Assembly: GCF_009914755.1 (NCBI RefSeq)
Contig: NC_060930.1
Source: the human T2T-CHM13v2.0 reference genome, Homo sapiens
DNA length: 64,000 nucleotides
Reading direction: 5' to 3' (one strand)
Position numbers and translations under genes: made by a program. The stretch's first letter is position 1. Every line of letters begins with the position of its first letter. Shown piece by piece: positions 49,746-64,000 of this stretch. The notes under the pieces are model-generated. The model was not told the DNA's origin. It did not search any database and saw nothing but the letters and a program-made list of their open reading frames with translations.

Positions 49746-50654
49746 AGAGATATATACATCTCCCAAGTCTTTACGTTCTTAGCTTGTAGCTGTTTACAAA
49801 TACCTGCAGACTTATATATTATGATTAACATAATTAACCTCATCATTGCACGTATTATTTCCAGTATGTTACTATTACAAATTCTATTCAATTAATAAAC
49901 TTTTGTCACTTGCCTTTACTTCCAGTTTTTCCTATTTCATTGTTTTCCTTATTATTTTCCCATTTTCTTTATTATTTCTTTTATTATTTAAGAAGTCAAA
50001 GAACTATTCCCATAACATGGCATAAATTTATTATTTGACCTTTTAAAATTGTTCTACTATTAATATTTTAATTCTAAAACAATACATGCTCATTATAGAG
50101 AATTTGGAAAACAAAAATTTAAAGAAGAAAATATAAATCACTAGTAGATACAATACTCAGGAGTAGCCATTATTTTGTGGGCTTTTTCCAGTGATTTTTT
50201 TTTCTAAGCACATGTATATGTTCTTTAAAAATAACAAAATTAGGATAATACTATATGTATATACAAGTATTCTTCTTGAAATTCTTTTCTTAGTCATGAA
50301 AGCATTTTCTAATATCATTAGAAAACATGTTTTTTTCAATAGTACCATTTAGATGGCTACATAATGTAACATTAACATTATATAACAATTTATTGCAATG
50401 CTTTTCTGGAGTTTCTGACTATTTTTAGGTTGGATTCCTGAAGAAGAATTGTGCTTGTTTAAGTCTCTTTTTTACAAATGCTCTTCTAGAGAGGATGGAC
50501 CAATACTCGGTCGTTTGAGCAATATGAGGTGGGGCTGTTTCTCTGTGCATCCCTCACCGTCAAACTAGGGACAGTGACAATTCAATCACTCAGTCACTTC
50601 TCAACATCCTGACCTTGCTGGATACCTGCTATGTCTTCTCTGATCTTTTACCTG

Positions 50655-50860
50655 TAGCGCAGCTTTTAAGAGCCCATGTTGTAGAATTACACAAACATAG
50701 GTTTAAATCTTGATTCGGCTGCTTAGTAGTTAGTCTGACCTCGGCCAAGTATTTACAGTACTCCATTTCCTCACTTCTTAAATGTGGATGTGATATCTAC
50801 TTCATGAGCTGCTGTGAGGATTAAATGACACAATACAAGTAAAGTGCTCAAAACAGTAGT
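50655..50860 (+). mobile_element. MIR SINE
   Basis: tgacctcggccaagtattta...tttcctcacttcttaaatgtgga...gctgtgaggattaaatga. Confidence 0.85.
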
Positions 50861-50908
50861 TCCCCTAGAAAGTTAGCTTGCCTTAGATCTAACTCCTTCT
50901 ATGAATTG

Positions 50909-50926
50909 TCTCTCTCTCCCTCTCTT

Positions 50927-50967
<41 letters not shown>
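50909..50967. repeat. Compound (CT)n(CA)n microsatellite
   Basis: Directly visible. Confidence 0.95.
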
Positions 50968-50968
<1 letters not shown>

Positions 50969-50980
50969 ACTCACACACTT

Positions 50981-51267
50981 GTTTTCTTTTTTTGAGACAG
51001 GATCTCACTTTGTCACCCAGGCCGGAGTGCAGTGATGCAGTCATGGCTCACTGTGGCCTTAACCTCCCAGGCTCAAGCGATCCTCTCACCTCAGCCTCCT
51101 GAGTGGCTGAGACCATGGGTCCGCGCCACCATGCCTGGCTATTTTTTGTAGAGACAGGGTCTTGGCATGTTGCCCAGGCTGGTCTCAAATTCCTGGGCTC
51201 AAGAGATTTGCTTGTCTCAGCCTCCCAATGTGCTGTGATTACAGGCATGAACCACCACACCCGGCCC
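50981..51267 (-). mobile_element. AluJ
   Basis: gtcatggctcactgtggccttaacctcccaggctcaagcgatcc; aaattcctgggctcaag. Confidence 0.92.
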
Positions 51268-52006
51268 ACTTTTTAAAAAAATGTCAGACTTCTTTTATGA
51301 CTTTTCTGGGCTCTTGAAATTTTCAGTTAAAAATTGTTTTGTTACTTCCAGAGAAAAACGTTTCCTTTTGCCATTAGTCTTCGGGTTTACCTGGTTGACC
51401 CTTGATGACAATCAGAAATTTATTTAAGATAATTTTATTGGTAGTTTTGATTTGTAAAGGAGAACTTCAGAGTTGCTGCTCACATGGGCCCTGCCCAGTG
51501 GTCTGCTACTTGGCAGGGCAGCCAAAGCATTTACACCTCCTGCAAAGCTTCAACCCCTTCCAGAGGAGCCGATGTCTAAGCTGAGAGGCAACTAGCGAGG
51601 TAGACAGGACTGAGAAGGCCATTCCCAAAGAGAGAGGAGGCAAACCAGAGGGAGATGGGGGAAGGTTGCAGCCAAGCTGCTGGGAGCTACAGCCCTGCCA
51701 ATCTGCTAACCCGAAACTCCCAAGCGGGAGTCATGAGGACTATAGTGGGCAATTAGAACTCACATCATCACATAGCTCTGGTAGAGCACTAACTTCTGCC
51801 CATCTCCCTTTCTTTTTATTGAACTCCTTCAAATATGTTGTGACTAGAGCTTCTAAAGTGGAGACCGTTTTTCTGTCCTGTGTGTTTCTCGAGTTGAATG
51901 TGTCTCTCGGCTATCCGGGTGGGTAGGGGCATAAGCCAGTGACATACGATGAACCTACTTGACCTTCATGCTAAGATCCCTCTGACACTAGTTGAACAGT
52001 TAAACT

Positions 52007-52364
52007 TGCTGAACTGGTTCTCCCCAAATTCCTATGTTAAAGTCCTAAACCCCAGTACTTAAGAACGTGGCTGTATTTGGAAATGGGTTTTTTAAGAGGT
52101 AATTAAATTAAAACAAGGTCATTAGGGTGGGTCCTAACCCAATCTGACTGGTGCCCTTATCAGAAGAGGACATGAGGACGCAGACATGCAGAGAGGGAAG
52201 ACCATGTGGGGACACAGGGAGAAGCCAACCCTCCACCAGCCCAGGAGAGAGGCCTCAGGGGAAACCAACCCTGACGACCCCTTGATCTCAGACTCACAGC
52301 CCCAAAGACTGTGAGGAGACCAGTCTCTGTTGTTCAAGTCTCTCAGTCTGTGGTGCTTGTTACA
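52007..52364 (+). mobile_element. MLT1B-like MaLR LTR
   Basis: ccccaaattcctatgttaaagtcctaaacccc...ggtcattagggtgggtcctaacccaatctgactggtgcccttat...ctctgttgttcaag. Confidence 0.88.
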
Positions 52365-52440
52365 CTTTCCCAGCTGCCATACTCTCTCCCACCTGGATCC
52401 CTGCAACAGCATACACCTGGTGTCTCAGTGCTCACTTTGC

Positions 52441-53144
52441 TGCTGAGAAATAAAGATAAAATCCTAAGCCCCTCAACCAACTGAGCAGACACTCTCTTGG
52501 CCAGGGGAACCCTAGAGAAACTGTAAAAACTGAGTTCATGGCCATGATGGATAGAAGGTCAGACACGCCTTGCTATACCCGCTCCCTTGCTAACCGCCAC
52601 TAGGTTTTCTTCCTCAATGGTTAAACAGAAACCAGCTGTTTTGAAAGACTAGCTCCATTGCTGATTTTGAAGAATCTCCTGACTTCTGCCCCTCCCTTTT
52701 GTGGTTTCAACACAACTGCGTTCCTTCCTGATAAGAAACCACCAACCACAGAGTGGTTCTGCTGAGTCTATGGAGATTGCATACTAAGGGTTTTCCTGTC
52801 CTCCACTTCACCTTCTGATCTCAGAGGGCCAAACACTCCACTCTCAGGTTATGCTAGCACTGTCATTTTTTTGTACATGCCACCCATGAAGAGGCATGAA
52901 GCTCAATTGCACATGTGCACGTTTCTCCATTCGTGCCTCCTTCTGTAGCTTACTGAATATGTGCATTTGGTCACCTGGTTCAGCATAAATCCCTTTTACA
53001 TTCTTCCCACCTTCTAAGTGTCTGTTTCTAGCTTCTGGCCAGAGGCTACGCTTCCCAACCTGTCAGAATGGCTACCCTGCAGGATGCAACCCTGTATGAG
53101 AAATCTCTCCTTTCCAAAAATATGAACCTCATTATTCAGTTAAC
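52441..53144 (+). mobile_element. MER39-like ERV1 solo LTR
   Basis: tg...aataaagataaaatcctaagccc...ctcttggccaggggaaccctagagaaac...ggtcagacacgcc ... ttcagttaaca. Confidence 0.8.
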
Positions 53145-53599
53145 ACTGCCCAGCAGGCAGTGTGGATCTCAACACATCACTTCAACCCTTCTTTGGCTCT
53201 TCAGATAAACCCTCTGGTCTTCACCACAGCCCTCCAGGCTCCTGCTCCAAGTTCCTTTTGTGCCTTTTTTCTCTTTTTCCTTCATGCCTCTGTCTGTTCC
53301 TCTAATGCTTTTTTTTCCCTGCCCCTGAGGACCTTGGTTTGCACCAGCCCCTCTACCCAGACAGCTCTCTGTCCCGTAGCCACCTGTGCATTACTTTCCA
53401 CTGCACATCAAACATCCCTTCCTCAGAGAGGCTTCTCTAGTTATGTGACCGTATAACTCCTTGGATGTCTATTTCATGGGAGGTAACATATTTGCAATTA
53501 CTATAAGTAATAATTTGAGAAATTAATCATCCCACCTTTGCTTCCCTATAGCTCTGCACTGTCCTGTAGGACACCGGGCACTGCTGGAAGCATTCCATA

Positions 53600-54108
53600 G
53601 TCTGTGCTGTCTAACACAGTAACCATTAGCCCCATGTGGCTATTGAGTACTTGAAATGTGGCTAGCATGGTGTATTAGTCTGTTCTCACGCTGCTAATAA
53701 AGACATACGAGAGACTGGGTAATTTATAAAGGAAAGAATTTTAACTGACTCACAGTTCCACATGGCTGGGGAAGCCTCACAATCATGGCAGACAGCAAAT
53801 GAAGAGCAAAGTTATGTCTTACATGGTAGCAGGCAAGAGAGTTTGTACAGGGGAACTCCCACTTATAAAACCATCAGATTTCTTGAGACTTATTTATTAC
53901 CACAAGAATAGTATGGGGGAAACTGCCCCATGGTTCAATTATCTCTACCTGACCCTACCTTTGACACATGGGGATTATTACAATTCAAGGTGAGATCTGG
54001 GTGGGGACACAGCCAAACCATATCACACAGCATGTGATTTTTATTAATTTAAATTTAAATTCAAGTAGCTACATGTGGCTGGCAGCCACCTGGTTGGCCA
54101 CACAGCTA
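53600..54108. mobile_element. MER3-type hAT-Charlie MITE split by THE1C
   Basis: cattagccccatgtggctattgagtacttgaaatgtggctag | ...ttaatttaaatttaaat...agctacatgtggctgg. Confidence 0.8.
53671..54025 (-). mobile_element. THE1C-like MaLR solo LTR
   Basis: tgtattagtctgttctcacgctgctaataaagacata...ttgacacatggggattattacaattcaaggtgag...acagccaaaccatatca; TSD catgg/cacag. Confidence 0.92.
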
Positions 54109-54704
54109 TGGGCTGCCCGCTCTGCACAAGCAGGTGCCAGTCTCTGTTGCTGCCCATGGTGGCTCCCACATGGGCATTTAAATATCTGTGAATAAATAAG
54201 TGAGTTTAACTAATTTAAATTTAACTAAAGAGGTTATGTATTTGAAACCAAATGTCCCATATAAAGAATATTGCTGGTATCACATTCTCAGCAGGACAAA
54301 CTCTGCCATTATTCTCGTTGCTTTTTTCCCTTTACCAGCAAAATTTGGGTTGACGATGAGAACTTTTTTGGGAGGTACTATGTAATGCCTCACTTGATTA
54401 AAATGGACTGATTTTCCACATGACGACTAGATAGGATTGCATATGCCAATCGATTTTAGAAAATAAGATCAAGAATATAATATAGACCAGGACCAAATGA
54501 AAATTAAAAAGCAGCAAGTAAAAAGCTAATAAAATTCTTCAAAGAAGCAGGCAAATATTCTTAGCTTAAATCAAAGATGGATAAAACAAAAGTTTTGAGC
54601 TTTTAGACTAACTGAATCCCAGGATCTAGAGAGAACTTTAAGCATAGAGCTTGCTCAGGTGTAAGACTGAGTACCCCCCAGGAGAATGCAGTACATCTTC
54701 TCTA

Positions 54705-55043
<339 letters not shown>

Positions 55044-55054
55044 CTAACTCCTAA

Positions 55055-55212
55055 TTAGCATTACCAGATAAAATTCATGACAGTTAAATTTGGATTTCAG
55101 ATAAGAATGAATAACTTTTTATAGCTTATAATAAGCTATTCATTCTTTATCTGAAATCTACATTTAACTATATTTCCTGTTTTGAGATTTTTTTTTGCTA
55201 ATTCTTGCAGGC
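55055..55212. mobile_element. MER53 palindromic hAT MITE with central deletion
   Basis: cagttaaatttggatttcagataagaatgaata ... tattcattctttatctgaaatctacatttaact, an internal inverted repeat. Confidence 0.82.
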
Positions 55213-57388
55213 ATATTTAGAATACATGGGAATAAAACAGCCACAGAAGATGAAAGTGTGCCAAGTCAGAATATACATAACTTAAAATTTAATGCGAAGG
55301 AAGTGACTGAAACTTTTCCCTCATTCTTGTATCTCTCTCTCTCTCTTTTTTTTTTTCCTCTTGATCATGTTCCCAAAAAGCTAGACCAAGTTTTGGCATC
55401 TTTTAGGGTTTTATTCCTGTACTGCATGATGACTTTTTTGATGCTGAGAGTTTATGAGCTTTATCAAGCAGGAGAAAGAAGGCAATAGTCATTGTATATG
55501 AGCTCCTAGGAACGAGAACTTTGTCATAATAAATTCTATAGCCTCAGGGCCTAGCACAGTGCCTCGCCCAGAACTGGTAAGCAACTGAGGTTGGCCGTTC
55601 CTGTAGATACATCGCAATTCTGTTTGCAGTAGGGATAGAGAGGGATAGAATTGTCACCGATGTGCACACATGTGATTCCTCTTCTTATTCCCATTGTTTT
55701 TCACAGCACCTCAAATATAAGAGAATCTCAATATATGCTCATTGAACTGAACTCAGCTGATTTAAGACCATGAGATTCCTTCTTATTAGGGTAGATGTTT
55801 CTTGAGAAACATTTTTATTATTTAGCATGTTGTGGAAATTCAGATCTGCTAAACACCTCAAAACCATGATTATTATTTGATTACTTTTTATTCCTTTGGG
55901 CTTCTTGTTCATGGCACACAATGCTCTCTGGTGTGACAGATCTTGGCCTTAGTAATTCCAAACCTCAGCACTCTCTCATCTTCCTGCCCCAGTGCAATTA
56001 CATGAGTGCTTGGGAGCTGGCTGAGTCAGGAAAGTGGATGTAAGTGAAGCAGACAACGTAGAAATGAACAAAGCGACATCTGGAGAGGACCACAGCCAGG
56101 ACTCAAATCTAGCCTGTCTCCAGCTCACCTCCTCCCTCCTCGATCACCACCCCCTCCAAATCTGCACGTGATCGATCATAGAACTATTCACATGGGTCAG
56201 GTCGTGCTATCCCTGCTCAGCCTCAAGCCCCTCCAGGTAGGCAGCACCAAAGCATATTTATGGTCATTTTTCCAAGCACTGTGGCTATATTTGTGTCTGG
56301 CCTATATCCCTTGAAAATGATCCTATGCGTAAACTCTTAAATAATCTTTTAAAAATCTCTAACCTCTTTGAATTTTCTACACCAAGTTCACATAGGAATT
56401 CCAGCTTGGCCATGGCCACTTTAATTAAGTTAGATAGAAAGAAAATGAAAACACTAGTCGTCCAGGTGGTAGCATGTGTGGGTTTAAGGTATGCACACAC
56501 TTTCCTGAATTTCTAAGATAGATTTGTGTGGTTTTAATCAAAAGTATAAGCTTCCAGGATAATGCTAAGAGATGGTCCATTGAACTGCATTCTTAAACTA
56601 TGAAAGCCTTCCAATCATCCTACAATCCCTATATTGTAAAATTTTATGTCTCAACTATATTTAATTTTCCGTCACCCAAACTCTTGGCTGGACTTCCACA
56701 TTTTCTCAATAATGACTTCTCTTTCTTGGCTAGTCATGTTACATTTAGCAAAAGCTGGGACGCTGATCACCTCTGCCCCCGTTCCCCTCTAATGGGTCAT
56801 TTCTGATGCTGTCTTGGACTTCTTTCATCACATTGTAGGTCTCTGCATCACTCTGCTCCACGTTCGTGAGAAACTGCTTATTTGGAAATCCGTCCAAGCA
56901 GCCCCATCAGATCTTTTACATCAACTCGCCTAAATCTGCAATCCACACCATTGGGTGCAGGAAAGAGGCCTTCATGTTCTTGCCTGACCACGGGGGAGCA
57001 GAGTGTGGTATCTATTAAAACGTTTGTTCAGATGCCTCACAGTGCTGGAATATCTTACAAAGGGGTACAAACACTGCTTGTTCACAAAGAGTGTGTGGCT
57101 TCAGTGGAAAGAGAGGTCTAGCTCTCCTTCTGTCTCACACCAAACACACTACGGTCTTCTTGAGTCTTGTGCAATGATTACATGATTACACTGAGCAGGA
57201 AGAAGTGGGGGTGAAGACAGAGCAGGAGGATTTTCAGGCTCTCCCAGTGAACAAACCACAGAGCGCTATTCTAGGGACTGTTACTCTAGCAGAATGGAAA
57301 TGTGCTATGGAGCTTCCGTCTCACACTTGGGGCTTGGAGGTGTGATCTGGTCTCTTAACTCCCCCACGTTGACTCTCACAGGTCCTCC

Positions 57389-58119
57389 TGAAACTGCCTT
57401 TGCAAAATTATGACAGTAGGAGAACTCTGACATAGCTAACTTCATTTGGCTTCTTAGCTCTAAGTTCTCCTTCTTCATTGCTGGGCATAGGCCAAGCTAA
57501 CTTTGGGAGGAATTTAGTTTATAGTTTAACCTTAAAGCAAGGATGATAACAGCCTTTTGCAAAGCTATGCATTCCTTGTTTAGATACCAAATTGCCTTTG
57601 AAAAACTAATGAAAGGCTACAAGATTAGGGAGGGGTCCGAACTCTGCTAAGATGTAGGCGTAGTTGAAGGATAACCAGCCATTATTCCAGTGGTCATAAG
57701 ATCTGAAACCTCCCCAACTGCTCCTATTGTAAAACCTAAGATTGGTGTTTGAGGCATTTTTCAAACTCTGCATTCTGATGGATCAGCTGGCACCCCCCAG
57801 ACTGCTAGTTCATCTGGTCTTTTGGCCCCTACCCAGGAACTGGGTCAGCACAAGAAGACAGCTTCAACCCCCTGTGATTTAATTCCTGACCCAGCCAATC
57901 AGCATTCCTCATTCCCTAGCCCCTCACCCATCAAACTATCCTTAAAAAACCCTATCCTCCAAATGTTCGGAGAAGCTGGTTTGAGTAATAACAAACTGCT
58001 GTGCTTCCACATAGCTGGCTCTGCATGTATTAAACTCTTTCTCTATTGCAAAGACCTGCTGTTTTCAGTGCACCAGCTTTTGTGGGTGGTGGGCAAGATG
58101 AACCTGTCAGGTGATTACA
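57389..58119 (+). mobile_element. LTR8A ERV1 solo LTR
   Basis: tgaaactgcctttgcaaaattatgacagt...gggaggaatttagtttatagttta ... gggcaagatgaacc...ttaca; 4-bp TSD ctcc. Confidence 0.9.
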
Positions 58120-59974
58120 CTCCTGTGTCACACTCAAAGCCATATTCATGCTGAAACAGTCTCACTTTGGGCCTTGGATATGCCTTTTCCTCTAACTAAA
58201 ACATCTTTGTTCCTCCTACACATTGTGTGGCTCCATTCCTATTCAACCTTCAAGTCTCAGTTTTGCTGTTGCTCTGGTGGAAATCCTTCCTGTAAACTTC
58301 GAGTCTGGGTCTGGTTCCTCTCAGTGCTCTGGGCTTACTTCTACTATGCTTTGACAGGCAATTTTGAAGAAGTCTGTTTGTCTATCCACCCTGTGAGCAC
58401 TCTCCCTGTCTGTACCACACACACACGTACACATTTAGACCCACATACTTTGGAACAGACATGCTTATTTAGATACATACATACTAGCACACATATACAC
58501 ACAGGCTATGAGTATCTTCAGGACCACAACAATATTCACTGTTCAATGTTCACCAAGATCCTTGATCACAGTAAGTGGTCAATAAATAGTTGCTGAATAA
58601 ATGTTAAATGAGGAATGATGTGCCAGACTATGCACTTCTTATGGTCCACTGCTGTTAAACATTTGATCAGGAATTTTCCATTTTTTTTTATTCTAGCTGA
58701 GAATCCACTGATAACAATTGGGGCTTTGAAGTCCAATTACTTCTCCCAGTTCCCAAAATACACCCAATCAGATAAAGTTTGAGCTGTCAAGAGCAAGGCA
58801 ATGTCATCCTCTGAATAGTTTCTATCAGAGACTCAAGCAAATGAAAACAGTTCCTACTCTTGAGCAAACACTGTTTGCATTGAGAGTGGGCTAACAAGAG
58901 CATAGATAGATTAGCATATACCAACAAGGGAAGCATCATAATAATGTTAACTGTCCAAGATCAACCCACAATACAGATATATGCAACAAAATAAAATAAA
59001 ATAGCATCATGAACCACATGCAGCAACAAAGACTGAGAAATTTCAACCTCATGAAAAATATAAGTGCAGAAAAAATATATGCATATATGCATACACATGT
59101 GTAGATAGATAAGACAGACAGATAGATGTATGGATGGAAAATCTAAAACATAAAGGGGGAAGCCAGACTGTTGTTTTTACTTCTTAAGGCTGACGATTAG
59201 ATGAGCAAATTTGCCCTATACTGTACTACGTTTTGTTCCGTGAAGGGTAGGGAGTGAGAGGCATTGGGTGAGGTCAGAGATAAAAGCTATACAGAGAATT
59301 TGAGTAAGGAAGACAGGTCAAACAGCTCATTCTAGCACTGCGTGCTGGGAAAGGCTTGGTCGCGGGTGTGGGTAGGAAAAGGGATGAAGGCAGCCTGGAG
59401 TAAATAGAGAACTAAGCTGATATTAAGACAGGGAAGAGACAGGGGTCAGCGTGAACCACCTGCCCCATCCCTACATATGGCCCAAGCCTTAACCTCAAGA
59501 AACCTGCAGTGAAGTGCCTCGGTGCTTTCTAGAATAGGAATTGCAATTCTTTTATTTTCCACAGCCACCAAGACTGTGCCTCAGGACCCAGTACACATTG
59601 TGCAAAACAATGATGATGATAATATCACCTGACATTTATATTGTACTTTGCAAAGCAATTTCACACTTCATATCTCACTTGGCCTGTATGTTTGAAGAGA
59701 TGCTGCTTCCACGCCCCACCTGCAAGGCTTTGGGCTGCCAGGACATCCTTATTCGCTGCAATTCCCACCTCCGAGGCCTTTTTGTAATGTGCTAGACTCA
59801 CAGGGGCCTTAACAGTGACTCAATCATGCATGGCCTTCCAAAGGCTATATCCCATCACACACCTCAAAGAGTTCCCTGGGGCATATTATCTGGCTGTAAA
59901 AGAAGATTTCTTTATTTTCAATAGTTCAGAATTTCCTTCCAATGCTCGTGTTTCTCTCTATGAGATAAATCTAA

Positions 59975-60143
59975 AGACCCCGGTGACTCAGTGTGGCCCA
60001 TGGACCGGCAGCATCAGCATCACCTGATCTTGTTAAAACTCAGACTTTCAGGGCCACCCAGCCCTCCCAGGATCTGCATTTTAACAGATCCCCCATGGTC
60101 CCAGGGGATTCCTGGGCACACTGAAGGCTGAAAAGCTCTGCTA
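59975..60143. mobile_element. MER5A hAT-Charlie MITE
   Basis: gtgtggcccatggaccggcagcatcagcatcacctg...atctgcattttaacagatcccc. Confidence 0.85.
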
Positions 60144-60628
60144 TAATGGCTGCACATACCTAAAAAATGTTGAGTACACAGAGGGAAAATTCTTATGATT
60201 TTGCTGATAAATGCAGTATTCATTACAAGCCTTCATCCCGTATATCCTGTTAGCTTTGCTAGGTTACTGAATACTCACTCACTGATATTCTTGATACTTT
60301 TAAACACATAGTGAGTTGGGGAGAGTCAGTATCTGGACCTCAAGGAGTGTCCAGAAGTGGGAGTTTTAGGAAAAATCACAGACTACTTTTGCATATTGTT
60401 TGAGATAAATACTTAAATCCTGGGTGATCTTGATTAATCTAGTGTTAAAATATCTAGAATTATAACATGTACTCAATGAAAGCCGCTTTATTTTAAACAT
60501 CCAGAAGACTAGAGATTAGGATGTTCTCTGGTCCACATAGGTTTCACATGATTTATAAATAGACAGAAAGGCCATTGTTTTTATTTGTCAGGGTACATTA
60601 AAGTCTACCAAAAGAATTAGGAGGGGGC

Positions 60629-60942
<314 letters not shown>

Positions 60943-61639
60943 TCAAGTAACTGATAGAGTAGAAATTCATAATGGCAAAGTTTGAAGTATCCAATGGGGT
61001 AATCAAAAAATATTGCCTTCTCCTCTCTACATAATAGACAGTAATTATTAATGGTGGTCAAACCAAGCAGTCTACACAATAGGAAAACACTGATGCCTTG
61101 CCTGAAGGTAGAGATTGTTCATTACTCTTCTTTTCCATATCCAAGGTCCTAGCACAGTATTGGACACACAGAACATGATTGTTAAATACTTTTTGAAGTC
61201 AAGAACTCAAAGGTCATCTTTCGGAGAGTTTTGCTAATCTGTTCAGGATGAGAAGAACTGACATATTTGAGAAATATTTAGCTGGACATAGCTTCCAAAA
61301 GAAAAGAAGCCTCAAACCATGGCCCTAATCTCTTCTCCCATGCCCATCATACTGAGTTTCTAAATATAAAATACCTGAAAACATGCCCAAAAGTGCAGCA
61401 GATCAAGAAGCATTTGCTGGGTCAGTGAACACGTGAATTGATTGCTTCAAGTCCTCCACTTGCCTTCCTTGTGGAGTCTCGTTGTCACGGCTCTGGGATG
61501 GTTACAGACACAATGCTTAGTCCAGCAGAAGCTACAGCCAAAAGAAGGGCTATACAAAGATAAGCCAAGTGTTGAAAAAATAAGTTCTTATTCTACACAG
61601 ATTTATTGCTGAGTCAGAACAGAACTTACATTTCTTAAT

Positions 61640-61782
61640 TTTATCTATTTATTTATTTACTTATTTTAGAGACAAGGTCTTACTATGTTTCCCAGGCTAG
61701 ACTTGTACTCTGAGGCTCAAGTGATCCTCCTGTTTCAGCCTCCCAAGTAACTGGGACTACAGGTGCATGCCACCATGCTCCA
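61640..61782 (-). mobile_element. FLAM monomer
   Basis: gagacaaggtcttactatgtttcccaggctag...gctcaagtgatcctcc...gggactacaggtgcatgccacc; TSD agaact(t/c)acat. Confidence 0.85.
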
Positions 61783-61799
61783 CTAGAACTCACATCTTT

Positions 61800-62550
<751 letters not shown>

Positions 62551-63062
62551 AAAAGGCTTTCAAAAGAACAGCAGGACACACGTGCCTTCAAGTTAAGCTA
62601 GAGAAAAGCCATGGTTGGGTATCATCTCAGCCCACCTCCGAGGCGCGTGATCCCTTCAGAGACTCGGGCCTCCCCGGGTCCTGGAGGTCTTGGCTGCAGG
62701 CCCATCAAACCACTGAGCTTCTCTTTTAAAGTTTCTTAAATTTCCTGGCTTTTAAAAGAGAGAGAACTTCTTCAATATTTGTTCCAAAAGCAAAGGGAAA
62801 AAGTGGAGGGGGATGTATATTATTCCTTGAAAGAGAAAGTAATATATTTTTCATCAGTGTGATCTTATCCCACACATCTCTGAAGGACTAGTATTAAAGT
62901 CTACTCGAGTTCACAAAATGTGCTTTTTCCTTACAATGACCTTTTGTTAGAGGTATTTGAGGTTTGTTTTTATAAATAATTCTCACTTAAATGAGAATCT
63001 CTTTATAAAATTATTTCAGAAAGCAGTTACACTGTATCAAGGGGCAAAAGATTACCTTTACC

Positions 63063-63405
<343 letters not shown>

Positions 63406-63838
63406 TCAACTCCAATTTTAGTAAGAATGCATGAATTAAGTATGTATAGACTTTAATAACAAATACAAATGTATATAGTAGTATATAATGATATACACAG
63501 TGGATAGTCATTTGACGTTTACAAAACATTTTCCAACCATGATCAGTTTTGATAGTCATAATAACAGAACATGAAGCATGACTGATATTATTTCAGTTTT
63601 GCTGTTGAAAATAATAAGGCCTAAGGTTAAGTAAGCTCCAAGGTCATCTACCTCCATGATTGGTTAGCAGATGACTCCCCTCATCCCTACTGCTACACGG
63701 CTTCCCTAAGATCCTTCGTGAACTTGGTAACTGATTAATCAGTCTCAGTTTTAGTTCCATCTTGCAGAATATAAAGGTGACCTTCTCCCCACCCCTCACA
63801 GAGATATTATATAAAGACAAAGCAGTCTGAAAATTGAG

Positions 63839-63870
63839 TACACACACACACAGACAGACACACGCACGCA
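63839..63870. repeat. Degenerate (CA)n
   Basis: acacacacacacagacagacacacgcacgca. Confidence 0.85.
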
Positions 63871-64000
63871 TGTTCATGCATCTCCTATTTACAAAAGGAT
63901 TGAGGTGGTCGGTAGCCCCAGTAGGGACAGGAATAGTTTCACTAAGAAGGGCAACAACCAATGAAGATTTAAAAATTAAAGTGACAGAATCTCTACCATT

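Overview
Primate (most likely human) non-coding genomic DNA, intergenic or intronic. I can support no protein-coding exon. The ORFs I could trace come from microsatellites, a C/T-rich VNTR, Alu/L1/L2/LTR relics or a decayed ERV-L pol. The window is dominated by transposable-element fossils: about 20 Alu/FLAM/FRAM/FAM copies, many with readable TSDs; L1M/L1P and L2 fragments; MIRs; MaLR and ERV LTRs (MLT1, MSTA, THE1C, MLT2, LTR16, LTR33, MER31, MER39, LTR8A); and DNA-transposon MITEs (MER47, MER53, MER58, MER63, MER94, MER3, MER5A). The most unusual structures are two local INVERTED duplications of old repeat DNA within 7 kb of each other. One is a 195-bp, ~96%-identical copy of L1 sequence inserted inside an AluJ (42575-42769 / 43111-43305). 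The other is a ~420-bp, ~88%-identical copy of L2 sequence (47835-48248 / 49318-49745). Also notable are a 1.1-kb hierarchical polypyrimidine VNTR grown inside an L2, a HERV16/ERVL pol relic with recognisable RT, RNase H and integrase motifs, a CpG-retaining candidate regulatory region (~19.2-20.3 kb), a homeobox-motif-dense candidate enhancer (~22.5-22.8 kb) and two candidate non-coding exons. I see no evidence for a new biological system as such. Repeat subfamily names are from memory of consensus sequences and should be confirmed with RepeatMasker/Dfam.
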